Source: Vicugna vicugna (Eukaryota). From it: a stretch of 64,000 nt of DNA. Positions 48,723 to 61,840 of this stretch are shown piece after piece (position 1 is the stretch's first letter; each line of letters opens with the position of its first letter). The position numbers and the translations under genes are program-made. The stretch is from assembly GCA_013265495.1 (NCBI GenBank), contig MU061538.1:1242001-1306000 (forward strand). The letters run 5' to 3'. The notes below the pieces were generated by a model. It was not told the DNA's origin. It did no database searches and saw only the letters and a list, made by a program, of their open reading frames with translations.

Positions 48723-49899
48723 CTGTATTTACAGTTTGATAGTAAGGGGATGCTTAACATCAGTGTAGGAGATTAAAAATGACAAGTTATACGGTGAAGA
48801 GTGTGAAAAGGTGTTTACACTGACATGTAATATCCAGCTTGATCTACGGCTCTGTAATAGGTGTCATAAATCCCCGAGCAGGCCCACGAGCCTGTGCGCT
48901 GGGCGAGCTGACATGGCGGCCGGCACGTCACGGGGGGGCAGGGGGGCGTCACTGAGCGGCCGCTGGTCGGGGGCACGCGAGCCGCCGCCGCCCTGCGCTC
49001 TGGGGGGCTGCCTGCATGCACCCTCCCTGCTGCCTCCAAATTTAGCACTCCCGGTGTTTGTGTTTGTTTGTGTGTCTGATACCCAGTCACCCATTTGGTT
49101 TCTACCTTAAAAAAATGGAAACCTGTTTTTCTGATTTAAGTGCATTGTAAATAAACCCAAGAAAACAGTGTTTTTATTCCACCTCTGGTCCCAAACACAT
49201 TGCAGTTCTTGGCAGGAGATGACAGAGGCTTTGGATTTTATTTTAAAAATGACACTTTTATATATATTATGTAAAATAGTTACTGCAAAAACTTGACAGA
49301 CACTAAGACTATTGAAATTATGTGCAAAGTAAAAAAGGAGTTTACTCTGAGTGAACGCCTGGAGAATTATCTTACGGACTTTGCGCTTTGGTCTCGTAGG
49401 GGCTATTCATTCCCCACTTCTCCTCCAAACAAAAACCATGTGGAACAGAATCGACATTTGCCTGTACTTGCATGCACATGCACACACAGGCACAGACACA
49501 CACGCACGCTCCGACCACGTTCTCTGGTTCTCAACTCTGTTACAGGGTGACTTTTGCAAATTGGGATGGATAATGGGTTTGTACTAGCCTGTCCCTACTC
49601 ACTTGCACTCTGTGGGACTTAACACCAACAGCAAGTGTTTATGAGATAATGACCAGGTGAGTAATGGGATCCCTGGCTATCAGTAGCTTTTTATAATTTT
49701 ATTTATAATCAGTAAGTATTTATTGATTGCCTGTCATAGTTATAGCTAAGTGATAACTGTTGTGTAGAATATAAAAGAAGTGTAAGCCATGGTTCCTGTT
49801 CCAGGATCTTATCTACTTGGAGGGGCAGCAGATAAATATAATGCTAATTACATCAAGCTATAATCAACCAAACTGACTTAACCCCATGTACAAAATAAA

Positions 49900-50546
49900 A
49901 ATGTTTGACCAAATTAATGACTATAAAAAAGAAAGGACTTTGGCTAATAGCATGCTGTAATTTTTTGAAAAACTCTGTTTCACAATAGTACATAAGGTAC
50001 GGATTTCTGGGGCAGGGTAATTATTTTCAAGCATATTTTTATCCTTTCCAAACTCTCCTTTGCTCCCTCATCCCCTACAACCAATTTTTTAAAGATGCTT
50101 GGAGCTGGTGAAGCCGCTGTCACACCAGGGGCTGGCTTGTGCGTTCGTCTCTCTGGCCGGCCGCCACTGTCAGGGGACAGAAGGCTACGCCCCACACCCT
50201 TCTCAGAAGGCCACCACCGCCTTAGCGCATGTGCCCGTCTGAGCTTCAGGATTTCTGCTTCATGTGGCTGCTGTGTGAAGCCTGGGGCTTCAGGATGGCC
50301 CACTCTCAAATACTCAGTGAGCAGTGGGTGTTTCCCACTTTGTCTTGTGGTCTGCTCCCAGCTCGTGTCCTCGTCTCGCTCTCAGGATGTGTCCTTCGGT
50401 CTGGGAGCTGCGCGCTGGTCCCCGACACCGTGTCTTGTAGCATCTGTGCTGCACTGGCATCACTCTCCTACATTTCGGAAGCGTGTGCCATACCGTCTCC
50501 TAGTTTCTTACGTGTTGCTTAACAGTAAAATGTTAGAGGACATCTG
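49900..50546 (-). pseudogene. Candidate decayed exon
   Basis: Acceptor tttcatgtttttag|; includes ORF 49980-50309; donor uncertain. Confidence 0.35.
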
Positions 50547-50999
50547 CTAAAAACATGAAAAGCCATGAGTGCCTGGTAATTTCAGTATTATTTAATGCTT
50601 TTCTGAATATTCTATAAATTGCAAAAATGGCATGATAATAAGGATAAAGTTTAAAAATAGAGGACAAAAATCGATCACTGTTGTAAATGTTAGAACTGAA
50701 AACTCTGGCAGGAGTGAGTGAGAGACTGTTGGGTTTGGTATGTAAAGTTGCTGGATACGTGATAAATACACAAACGTCATGACCGTTACTCCGTATAGGG
50801 ATGCCTCGTGGATAAGTGATGAAGAGAAGTCCTGCTCATGGTAACAGACTCATGTATTACGTACAGAGGAGCAGCGTCGGGTAGATCTGCCACGTGCTGA
50901 TCTGCTGGCGGCCCTCCTGGAGACCTGGTCTGCATGCCCACCACTCTGCACACAGCCCTCCTTCCTGTCGCAGCATGTGCGCTGCTCTTCCACGGCACC

Positions 51000-51505
51000 A
51001 CCCCTGGATCCCAGATGTGACTGACTGGTCCAGGAGGGAGAGTGCTAACCCAAACCAGACATTGACTAGCCAACAACACATCAGATTTTGTGTCTTAGGA
51101 ATTTGAGCTAAGAGACACAGAGACTGTATCTTTTATCAGTGGAGGGAAGCAGAGGTAGAGTCATGGAGAGTTATGGGTGGAAGTGGGCCATGGGAAACCC
51201 TGCCACATGGCCACTGGAATAATGGGGAGACCAAAACCATGACGAGCAGAGAGGTGGGCCCGAAGAGGGAAGCCTGAGCGTGAAGCGGGTCCCTGAGGAC
51301 AGCCGCAGGGAGAACCCGCGGGGCTCCGGGGAGCGAGGTGGAGGGAAGAGCCTGGGTTCCCGGCTGTCCTGTTCAGTCCTGCGACATCGGCCTGTGGTGT
51401 TTGTCGGTCAGTTCTGTGAGACGCAGCCTAACAGCAGCCTCTTCCTTTTTTTCTTAGTTTGAGTATTTTCTTTTCATTGAAGCCAGTGATTCCTGCCTGA
51501 AATGG
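51000..51505 (+). mobile_element. Old MLT1 (K/L-like) LTR
   Basis: Degenerate MaLR 3' end ttccttttttcttagtttgagt...ttcctgcctgaaa. Confidence 0.45.
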
Positions 51506-51589
51506 TAACACTAAGCCTTCCAGAGGGGAGTCCTCATCTGTTCTACTGAACAATAGAAACAGAGACAGAGTGAGCAGAGAAGCAGTCCT

Positions 51590-52150
51590 TGCTGATGCGT
51601 AGGGAGACTGAACGCTGTGCAGATGTCAGTTTCTCCAAATTATTTGTGGGGAATAAAATAATAAAAATCAGACTGAGATCCCTCCTCTTTACTTCGTTGA
51701 GTTGACAAAATTCTTTTTAAAACTCATCTGACAGAATAAACCTAATAAGCAATAATATTAATAAAAACAACTAACATTTATTTAGTGATTACTACTTGCC
51801 AGATTATTTTAAGCTATTTTCCTTGAATTTGGAAGAGAATAACTATGAGTAATTATGAAAGTTTAAAAAAATGGTAAGGGGATACCAGCCCTACAAGATA
51901 TTGAAATTTGCTATGAAGGTACTTGGTCAGTTGTGATAGCAGTTCAAGAAAATAAATGAGTTGAAAACCAAAGAGTTTCAAATGTATTCATTTTGAATTT
52001 ATGGTTGTATTTTGTGCATAAGTGTGCCGTATGTTCTGTTAGTGACAGTTGGCTACTAGTTTTAATATTGTTTTAAATTAAAGTCAACTTAGGTGCTCAC
52101 TTTATACCCCCAAATGAATTACATTTGGAGGAAGTAGATATGTAAGGAAG
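51590..52150 (+). mobile_element. Old L1 ORF2 fragment
   Basis: agatgtcagtttctccaaatt...ttgacaaaattct...aaactcatctg. Confidence 0.55.
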
Positions 52151-53419
52151 AAGAATCAGCGCTGCAGGAAATTGACAGGGACCGTCACAGCCTCCCCCCA
52201 CGTTTTCCCTGAACCACACATTCTGTTTCGGTTCCTTCATCTATTTTTCATTAGTTTTGATTTTCAGACTCTCTTCAGTTCTGGTCACATAAAAGGGCGT
52301 TTTTCACCTAGATTCATGACTTTAGACGTTATTTCTTACCTACTTTAAACAGACAAATGTCTTTTGAATCATCACCCTATTTGCAGAATGGAAAGTGGTG
52401 CAGAGGTGGATTGTGCTGAAGACAGAAAGGCCAGCTAGGAAGCTGCTGTCCGAGAAAGACAAGGATTCCTTGGGTTAAGGTGGAGATCGTGAACAAAGCG
52501 AGAACTGTGTAAGAGTTTGTGGTTGACGGGACAGCGGGGTAGCGGTGCCGTTTACTAAGACGGAAAGATTGGAGGGGGAGCGGACTGGATGGGGGAGTTC
52601 ACGAGTTCCTTTGTAGGCTGGGTTTGAAGTGCTGTGATGTACGGAAGAGGCGATGTATGGTGTGTCTGAGTTTTAGGAGACCAGTCTTGAGTGGAAATAC
52701 AGACTTTGCAGGTGTCGGCACCTCGTTAGTAACTGCAGCTTGGGAGGCTGAGTGGCAGAGACCGAGATGAGCAGGAGACGGACACGCAGAGTTGGAGCCC
52801 CTGCGGTGGCGTTCTTAGCCTTGGGGGTGGCTCCCAGGTACAGCCGGGGCCGCCCGCAGCGGCGGGCCGTGACTCCCCCCGCGGGCCTCCCTCAGGAGGA
52901 GAGGCCCACGGCAGCGGGGCCCGGGAGCTCTCGGACGCAGGCGGCGGTGGCAGGGGCCGCACGGGGCTGCGCTGCTCAGACTTCCCTCTGGGGGAGGCGG
53001 CCCCTCCGAGCTTGGTGCGCTCGAGCAGAGCCCGCTCCTCTGGTGGCTCCTGCCCGGGGCCTGTGGCTGGCGTGGGCCCCCAGGCCGCTTCTGTCCGTCA
53101 CAAGGCCCGTCTTGGGCAGGCTTCCCTCTGCTTCTCCTCCTGCCGGTGTCAGGTCTGTGCGCTGCGCCCCTCCCCTGCCTCCCGCAGCAGCTCCCCCGCA
53201 GATCTGCCCTTCGGACGCTGCTCGGGCGTCTGTGTGTCAGGGACCCGAGCTGGCCCAGCTGGGTGGCCCTGGGCAGGCTGCAATCAGGGACGCTATTTTG
53301 GATTTCTGAGCTGTCCTGAGATGGAGGAATGGCTTTGAATAATACTGAGATGCAGGTGCACACCAAGCCAGAGGCCATGTTTCAGGGCGATTTGTGAATG
53401 CTCCCTTAGGAAAGAGAGA

Positions 53420-53590
53420 TGTACAGCACAGGGAACTACGTTCAGTATCTTGTAATAACCTATCATGGAAAAGAATCTGAAAAAGAATCTGTGTATGTGT
53501 AACTGAATCACTGTGCTGTGCACCAGAAACTAGCACGACACTGTGAATCAGCTGTACTCTAATTAAAACAAAGGGAGGCAAATTTTATTT
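53420..53590 (+). mobile_element. L1 3' end
   Basis: gtacagcacagggaactacgttcagtatcttgtaataacc...ccagaaactagcacgacactgt. Confidence 0.85.
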
Positions 53591-53689
53591 AAAAAGATAG
53601 AGGAACAGAGATTCTGTAAAAACCACAGTAAAGGGAATCTCGCTGAAGCAGAAAATAGGCTAAAAACGGATTTTGTTTTGGTTTTGTTG

Positions 53690-56600
53690 TTACTTTCTGA
53701 GTTTTTACTCACATACAGTTGACACGCGGTATTGTCTTAGTTTCAGGGGTGCTGCACGCTGATTTGACATTTGCAAACGTTGTGAAATGATCCCCACGGT
53801 AAGCCTAGTGACCCCCTGTCCCCATACAAGTTATTCCGGTATCATTGACCTTTGTACCCCTGTGACTTACTTGCTGTGTAACTGTAGGCTTGTGCCCTTA
53901 ATCCCCTGCCCTGTTTTGCCTGCCCTCCTGACCCACTTCCGCCTTCCCGTTGGGCAGCTACCCGCTTGCTCTTTGTATCTGTGAGCCTGTTTTAGTTTGC
54001 TTGTTTTGTGTTTTAGGTTTCACATGTAAGGGAGGTCGTGTGCTATTTGTCTTTTTCTGACTGACTTCACTAGGTTAATACCCTCTAGGTCCATCTATAT
54101 TGTCACAAATGGCAAGATTTCGTTCTTTGTGGCTGAGTAATGTTCCACTGTGTGTGTGTATACACATACATAGCTACCTCATCTTCATCCGTTCATCTGC
54201 TGGTGGACACAGGTTGCATCTGTATCTTGGCTACTGTGAGTAACGCTGCAGTGAGCAGAGGGGTGCATGTATCTTTTGGAATTGATGCTTTTGTTTTCTT
54301 CAGGTGGATACTCAGAAATGAAATGGCTGGATCATATAGTAGTTGTATTTTTAATTTTTTGAGGAACCTCCATACTGTTCTCCATAGTGGCTGCACCAGT
54401 TTGCATTCCCACCAACAGTGCAGGAGGGTTCCCATTTTTTCCACATCTTCACCAACACTTGTTCTCTTTTTGGTGATAACCATTCTCACAGGTGTGAGGT
54501 GGTGTCTCATTGTGGTTTTGATTTTCATTTCCCTGATGATTAGTGATGTTGAACATCTTTTCATGTACCTGTTGACCATCTGTATGTCTTCTTTGGAAAA
54601 ATATCTATTCAGGTCTTCTTGTTTTTTAACCAGGTTGTTTATTTTTTCTGACGTTAAGTTGTATGAGTTCTTCATATATTTTGGATGTTGGCTCCTTATC
54701 AGATACATCAGTTAGAAGTATCTTCTCCCATTCAGTAGGCTGCCTTTTTGTTTTGTTGTTAGTTTCATTTGCTGTGCAAAAGCTTTTTAGTTTGATGTAG
54801 TTCCATTTGTTTATTTTTGCTTTCATTTCCCTTGCCTGAGGAGACATATCCAAAAATTATTGCTAAGGTAGATATCAAAGAGCTTACTGCCTGTGTTTTC
54901 TTATAGGTGCTTTATGGCTTCAGGTCTTACATGTAAGTCTTTAATCCTTTCTGAGTTTATTTTTGTATGTGGTGTGAAAAAGTAGTCTAGTTTGATTCTT
55001 TTGCACGTAGCTGTCCAGTTTCCCAGCACCGCTTATTGAAGAGGCTGTGCGTCCCACTGTCTGTTCTTGCCTCACTTGTCATAGGTTGGTTGACTGTATA
55101 ACCTGGGTTTATTTCAAGGCTCTGCTTTGTCCCGTTGGTCAGTGTCAGTTCTTATGCCGGTCCCGTACTATTTGATTACTGTAGCTCAGTGGTATAGTTT
55201 GATATCGGAGTGTGATGCCTCCAGCTTTGTTCTTTCTCAAGACTGTTGTGGCTGTTCAGGGTCTTTTGTGTTTCCATTTAAGTTTCAGAATTATTTGTTC
55301 TAATTCTATGAAAATGTCATTGGTATTTTGCTAGGAATTGCACTGAGTCTGTAAATTGGGTAGTATGGTCATTGTCACAGCATTAATTATTCCAATTCAT
55401 GGACATGGTATTCTTTCCCGCTGTTTGTGTTGTCTTTAGTATCTCCCATCAGTGTCTTCTAGTTCCCCAAGGACAGGTCTTGTACCTCGTTGGTTGGATT
55501 TATTCCTAGGTATTTTATTCTTTTTGATGCAGTTGTGAATGAGATTGTTTTATTAATTTCTCTTACTGGTAGATCGTTGTTAAAGTATAGAAACAAAACA
55601 TTTCTGTATATTAATTTTGTATCCTGCAATTTACTGAATTCATTTGTTAGTTCTAACAGTTTTTGGTGGCGTCTTTAGGATTTTCTGTAAAGTGTATCAT
55701 GTCATCCATAAACAGTAACAGTTTTACTTTTTTTTCCCTCCAATTTGGACTCCTCTTATTTCTTTTCCTTGTCTGATCGCTCTGGCTAGAACGTCCAGTG
55801 CTATGTTGAATCCAGTGGTGGGAGTGGTTGTCCTTGTCTTGCTCCTGACCTTACAGGGGAGACTTTCAGCTTTTCATCACTGAGTATGATGTCGCCTGTA
55901 GGATTGTTTTATATGGCCTTTATTATGTTGAGGTGTGTTACCTCTGTACTCACTGTTGAGAGTTTTTGTTGTAGATGGATGTTGAATTTTGTCAGAAGGT
56001 TTTTCTGTGTTTGTTAGGAAGATCACATGATTTTTATTCTTCAGCTTGTTAATGTGGTGTATCGCATTGATTGATTTGCAAATACTGAACCATTTTGCAT
56101 CCTTGGGATAAATCTTGCTTGATCATGGTGTATGATCCTTTTAATGTATTGTTGAATTTAGTTTGCTAATATTTTGTTGAGAATTTCTGCACCTATTTTT
56201 ATCAGTGATATTGGCCTGTAATTTTCTTTTTTTGTGGTGTTTTTGTCTGGTTTGGGTATCAAGGTGAGGCTGGCCTCATAGAATGAATTTGGAACTATTC
56301 CTTCCCCTTCAATTTTTTTTTTTGAATAGTTCAAGAAGGATAGGTGTTAACTCTTCTTCAAATGCCTTGTAGAATTCACCAGTGTAGCTTTCTGGTCCTG
56401 AACTTTTGTTTGTTGGGATTTAAAAAAATTACTGATTGCATTTCATTACTGGTAATTGGTCTGTTTGTATTTTCTGTTTTTTCCCTATTCAGCCTTAGGA
56501 GATTGTATGTTTCTAGGAATATTAATCTCACCTGGATTGTTCATTTTTTGGTGTGTAATTGTTTGTAGTAATCTCTCATGATTTTTTCTCTTTCTGTAGT

Positions 56601-57350
56601 GATGGTTGTAACTTCTTTTTCATTTCTGGTTTTATTGATTGGGCCCTCTCATTTTTTCTTGGTAATTCTGGCTAAAGGTTTATCAGTTTTGTTTATCTTT
56701 TTAAATAACTAGCTCTTAGTTTTATTGATCTTTTTCTATTGGTTTTTAAAATTCTGTTTCATTTATTTCTGCTTTAATCTTTATGATTTCTTCCCTTTTA
56801 CTAACTTTGGATTTTATTTGTTCATCTTTTTCTAGTTCCTTTAGGTGTAAGTTTAGATTGTTTGAGATTTTTCTTGTCTCCTGACTTGGGCTTGTATTGC
56901 TATGAACTTCCCCTTAGAACTGAACTGCTTTTGCTGCTTCCCATAGGTTTTGGATTGTTGTGTTTTCCTTTGTTTTCAGGTACTTTTTTTTGGAGGGGGA
57001 AGGTAATTAGGTTTACTTATGTATGTATTTATTTTTTGGAGAAGGTATTAGGGATTGAACCCAGGACCTTGTGCATGCTAAGCACATGCTCTACCACCTG
57101 ACCTATACCCTCCCCCCATCTCCAGGTATTTAAAAAAATTTCTTTGATTTTTTAGTGACGTATTGACTGTTTAGAAACATATTGTTTAGTCTCCACATGT
57201 TTGTGTTTTTTGCAGTTTTTTTTCTTGTAGTTGATCTCTGGTTCATAGTGTTGTGGTCAGAAAAGATACTTGATATGGTTTCAGTTTTCTTAAATATATT
57301 GAGACTTGTTTTGTGGCCAAGCATGTGATCTATCCTGGAGGATGTTCCTG
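53690..57350 (-). mobile_element. ~3.6 kb 5'-truncated LINE-1 (disrupted ORF2: endonuclease end, RT, Cys-rich C-terminus, 3' UTR)
   Basis: ORF fragments [13 protein letters not shown] (54193-54708), KINKWNYIKLKSFCTA and SRIDHMLGHKTSLN are L1 ORF2; many stops and frameshifts. Confidence 0.95.
56983..57117 (-). mobile_element. vic-1-like SINE inserted into L1
   Basis: gggattgaacccaggacct...ctctaccacctgacctataccctcccc; approximate TSD caggta on both sides. Confidence 0.9.
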
Positions 57351-57547
57351 TGCTGATGAGTGTCTTAGAGGGAGAAGTGGTGCAGACACAGGCTCCACCC
57401 TGGGTTGGCTGGAAGTGCACTGATGGGGCTGGTTTAAATCATGAAGCATGGCTGTAAATCTTTTCCAGAGATGGAACTGATTTTATAGCCAGGAGAAATT
57501 CTGGGCATCCTCTAATGGAAAACATTTCCATCAGAATGTTGCCTCTT

Positions 57548-57895
57548 GCTGTGATCTGAATGTTTGTGTCCCCACAGATTCAGATTTATACATTGAATCT
57601 AACTCCTGAGGTGGAGCATCTGGGAGGTTATTAGGTCACAAGGTTGGAGCTTCATGAATGGGATTACTGTCCTTGTAAAAAAGTCCCCAGAGAGCTCCCT
57701 CGTCCCTTGCACCGTGTGAGGGCAAACTGGGCAGGCACCATCTGTAAACCAGGAAGTGGGTCCTTACCAGACACCAGATGTGCCGATGCCTTTGTGTTTC
57801 TGACTCCCAGCCCAGCCTCTTGAACATGAGAAATAAATTTCTGTTCTTTATAAGCTGCCCAGTGTATGGTATTTTGTTATAGCAGCCTGGTATAT
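57548..57895 (+). mobile_element. MaLR solo LTR (MLT1A0-like)
   Basis: tgctgtgatctgaatgtttgtgtcccc...gagaaataaatttctgttctttataagc...ggtattttgttatagcagcc. Confidence 0.9.
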
Positions 57896-58199
57896 TAGAC
57901 TTTGTCTTAATTTTTGAGTTTTAACTTTGTAGGTAGGGCTAGAACATTCTTTTTAGAAAGGGTTTGACTCTAGGGAGGCAGAACAGAGAGGTGTCTACAT
58001 TTGGGGTCAACTGAAGTATGTCTTGGAAGACTCCCAAAGGCCTGCCAAACTTTCTGGGAGAGACTTCGAAATTCCAGCATTAGACACATTGGAAATTTTC
58101 CGTGGTTTGGTACTGAATGGAAGAAAGCCCCCAAACCCAACAGCTGTCTGAGAGACACAGCACTAACGTTTGCTAACACTCCAGGGGGACTTGAGCGGA

Positions 58200-58870
58200 C
58201 AGGGGGGTGGGGACGTCCGCTGCTGGAAGGCGGGTAAAGAGCCCAAAGGTGCCTCATTGGCCCCCCGCCCCTGAAGCGCGGGGCGGGCCGTGAGCGCCTC
58301 TCAGCTGTGGGACTGCTGCGCGCCAGGGCGTGAGCGCTGGGGGCTTGACGACGCCGCGTCGTCGTCTCCGGAGAGGCCGGGAGCCCTGCCGGCGTCGCTG
58401 CGGGCCTCTGTAGTGCGGCCGCGGCGTGGGCTGTGACGCGCATCCGCCCCATCCTACTGCGTCAAGACGCAAGGACGTGACGTGACTCTGGCGTCCTCCC
58501 CGCTCGGCGACGCGGTCCTGTCACACGTTCCGCGTCGGCTGCCTGAAGAGGAGACGGCTTCCGGGAGAAGAAGGCGGCGCGCAGGCGGAGTGGGGGGAGC
58601 GCCAGGTGCGCCGGGGCCTCCCGCCCGGGCCGGGGCGCGGCTCCCTGCCTGCGCGCGCGCCTGGGCTCCGCTCAGGTCAGGTCTCGCTGTCGGGTCGCTC
58701 TGGGCGCCGGCCAGCCCTAAGGAGGCCGGCTCGGGAGCTGAGAACGTCCATGCTGGGTGGGTCTGTCTGAGGGGAGCACAAAGGCGGAGAAATTCGGAAG
58801 GTCCGCAGCGCAAGTGAGGGAGGGAGATGGCGTGTCACCCCCGAGGTGGCTTAGGGGTGTTCGGAGCATG
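58200..58870. promoter_or_regulatory. CpG-island promoter candidate (GC box, CCAAT, CRE half-sites, ETS-like)
   Basis: attgg ~58256; ccccgcccc/ggggcggg; TGACG ~58347 and ~58434; ACGTGACGTGAC 58475-58486; cttccgg ~58558. Confidence 0.75.
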
Positions 58871-60229
58871 AATGTCTTGGTGGGTCTTAGATGATTCGCA
58901 GAGTCCACAGGAAAATCGGGAATTTGAGACTCACTGTTTCAAACGAAAATTTCTTTTCCTACTAAATAAACTGAGAATTATTTTTCTCTAGGAGATGTCT
59001 TTGGCTCCTAGAGATAGTGGCTTCCTTATGTTTCACTGTTAGACTTATGTAACTGTTAGGGTTGTTTGATTTTAAAAAATGCATTTTTCCGTTTTTTTAA
59101 TCAACTCACAGCTGACGTCTTGTGGTCTCTAGCCATATGTAGGAGAAGCTTCTCGGACGGGCCCTGGTTTACAAACCCCTGTGAGCAGAATGCTGGGTCC
59201 TTAGCAGCTCCTTAGACTGAGTCAAAGGCATGGGGTCCCAGCCTGAGGCTGCACTGCCCTCATTTTTATCTGCCACCCCTGAGAGGATGCAGTGTTTTCC
59301 CAGCAGCAGGAGTCACGTGGGGGTGCCAGAGCGGAGGGAGCAGGCCCCTGGGGTGTCTGCCCTCTCTGACCCTCCCCTTTTCCGGGTGTAGACATGGAGC
59401 AGGTGGGCCTGGAGCAGCCATGCTGTGTGGGTGTCTGAGTCTTGGCTGACAGAGCCGTCGTGGTTTAAAGGGCATCATGATGAAAGGTGTGGCCCTGTGG
59501 GGACCGTGGGCGTCTGAGACGCACCATTGGAAGATGCTGAACTGCGGTAGCGATGACTTCAGGTTCTTGAGTTCAGGTTAGTAGGGCCTACGGTGCGTTT
59601 GCCAGACTTCCTAGTGTTGCAAGTGCCTCATTTGTAATGACGTAACGAGAACATCCTGCTGGTCAGAGCTCTGGTGGAAGCAGAGCCTTAGTGAGGGGTT
59701 ACTAAGCAGGTGGCGAGTGCAGGGGACACACCAGGGACAGCAGGGAGCCCCGTGAGCCAGGGCCAGGAGCGAAAGGGACTGTGCTTCCAGAAGCCAGGGG
59801 ACCAGAGGCCCTGTCCACACAGCTACTTGGCATGATCTGTCTCCAGAATCTCCCTGTGGACTCCACCGGAAGCCAGAAGTCATGGGCCCAGGGAAGCACA
59901 GAGCAGCGCAGAGAAGGGTGGGGTTGGTGTGGGGATGGTGGGCCAGGGTATCCGAGGTCACGGAGCTGAGAGGTGCTGATGGGGCCATGGACGACACAGC
60001 CGCCTCGGGAGTGGAAGGGGGCCTCGGTGTGGACATCTGTCTTTGGGCCTCGCCTGGGCACACCCTCTGAGTGTTTGCCTCCGTCAGTAAACGTTTACGC
60101 TGACATTCTGCCCGGCAGGCAGTGTTCTCAGCTTCAAAAGATTTTACCTGAGCTTCAGGATCTCGTCCTGCTCTCAAATCTCTGATGTTCTGAGACTCGA
60201 ATCCCAAAGCACTTTCTAAATAAGGTCCA

Positions 60230-60358
60230 TCTCGGGGGTTAAGAGATGCAAACTATTAGGCATAAACTAAGCTGTGTTTACATATTACTGTACAACATGA
60301 GGAGTGTCGCCAGTGTTGTACAGTAACTATGAATGGAGTATAGCCTTTAAAAATCATG
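60230..60358 (+). mobile_element. L1 3' UTR fragment
   Basis: gagatgcaaactattagg...gtacaacatgagg...aatggagtatagcctttaaaaat. Confidence 0.7.
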
Positions 60359-60359
60359 A

Positions 60360-60765
60360 CATTTGCTGTAAAAAGTTGCCTTGTGACGTCTGCCACAACT
60401 TGAATTCTGTATTTTTGACAAGTTCTGGGTTTCTGATCTCTGCAAGTAAATGCTTGGCCCCCGAAAGGCTGTAGATAGTGTCATATACATTTTTTCGTCT
60501 CTGAAAACCACCATAATGCTCCAAATACACGGTAGCCACAGACCGTAATGATTGCGGGGTGACCGAGAAAACCTTCTTCATTTTTGAATAGCAAGTGAAG
60601 GATGAGAAGGAAGGCCAGTTTTACCATCTTGATTAATTTTGCACTTAAAGAAAAACAGAGGCTCTCTTAAAGACAGAATTTACGGCACAAGGCACCTGGC
60701 TTCTCTTGTCGCCATTTTTCTGGGAAGTACTTTGCATCCTTTACTTCCTTGAAGAATTTGACCTT
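60360..60765 (-). pseudogene. Candidate decayed exon(s)
   Basis: Protein-like ORF 60354-60581 and VKFFKEVKDAKYFPEKWRQEKP; AG acceptors near 60645 and 60763; truncated by an L1 fragment. Confidence 0.35.
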
Positions 60766-61041
60766 AGATCCCAAACGAGGCATGAAGGACAGAGGAGAGC
60801 GGTCTCCGTGGAGTCCCCCCAGGGCATCATTTCAGGGGAAGGGGAGCCTGGCCGCGTAGAAACGCAAGATGCAGGACAAAACCGAGGTCTCCCAGGGCTC
60901 CGCTCGGCCCCGCAGCGCCCTGGAAACGGGAGGCGAGCCCCCTCCGGACCTTGGTGACTCCGAGCAAGGAGTCACTCGTGTCACTCGTCACCTGTTACCA
61001 TTAACAGAGATCGAGTGCTAAACCAGAGAGGTGGTCTCACA

Positions 61042-61045
<4 letters not shown>

Positions 61046-61073
<28 letters not shown>
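61046..61073. repeat. (TG)n microsatellite
   Basis: Seen directly. Confidence 0.95.
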
Positions 61074-61077
<4 letters not shown>

Positions 61078-61709
61078 GATGGACATGCTTGCGTTGGGCT
61101 TGCATCTCCGTCTGCCGCTTTCATACTGACCTGGGCAGTGAAGGCGCAGCTCCTCATTTGGGAAGTGGAGCTGACACTAGCACCGCTGTCACGGAGGTGT
61201 TTTGTACTGCACCTGCCACGTGGTAGGCGCTCGGTAGGGGTCCGCAGTTTCTGTCATGAACAGGTGAGCGACTGACTGACGTCGTTGATACAGGGCTTCA
61301 GCGACTGTGGTGTCGGATTGAACTGAAGGAGACTCTGTCCGGAGACCGCTTATACGTGGTTAATTCTGTGTGCGGGAACCGTGACACAATACACGTGGAG
61401 GCTGCAAGGAGGATCGGGTGGGGACGCAGGGGACCTGCCCTCTGGCCCCGGGATAGCCCCCTGTGCCCAGTTCCTCGTCCCATCTGGGTGGAGAGGGACT
61501 CACCTGGATGAGGGTCCCCACCTCTATTCCCTGAAAGCACCAGGCCTGTCAGATGGTCCGTGGGAAAGGAGTCTCGTGGTCACATACGTTTGGGAAACAG
61601 TGAACGTTTTATCTCCTACTTTGAGAACCACAGTGTCTTTAAATGCTCTGAATTAAAGAAAACTTTAATTTCCTGTAATTATTTGTCTGTCTGTCCCCCC
61701 TTCTTTTAA

Positions 61710-61840
61710 AAATTTTTTTGTTGGGGGGGTAGGTAATTAGTTTCATGTATTTATTTATTTTTAGAGGAGATGCTGGGGACTGAACCCAGGACCTCATGCA
61801 CGCTACGCCTGCGCTCTACCACTGAGCTACACCCTCCCCC
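61710..61840 (-). mobile_element. vic-1-like SINE
   Basis: gctggggactgaacccaggacctcatgc...ctctaccactgagctacaccctcccc. Confidence 0.9.

Noticed and set aside
54193..54853. 171-aa and 75-aa minus-strand ORFs
   Set aside because: Fragments of a disrupted L1 ORF2, not a host gene or an active element.
60504..60515. YGGF opioid-peptide-like motif (EHYGGFQRRK) on the minus strand
   Set aside because: No N-terminal dibasic site, the fifth residue is not M/L, and there is no precursor context; a chance tetrapeptide.
34945..61840. tRNA-like sequences with A/B boxes
   Set aside because: They carry SINE bodies, AT-rich tails and substitutions; they are SINEs, not tRNA genes.
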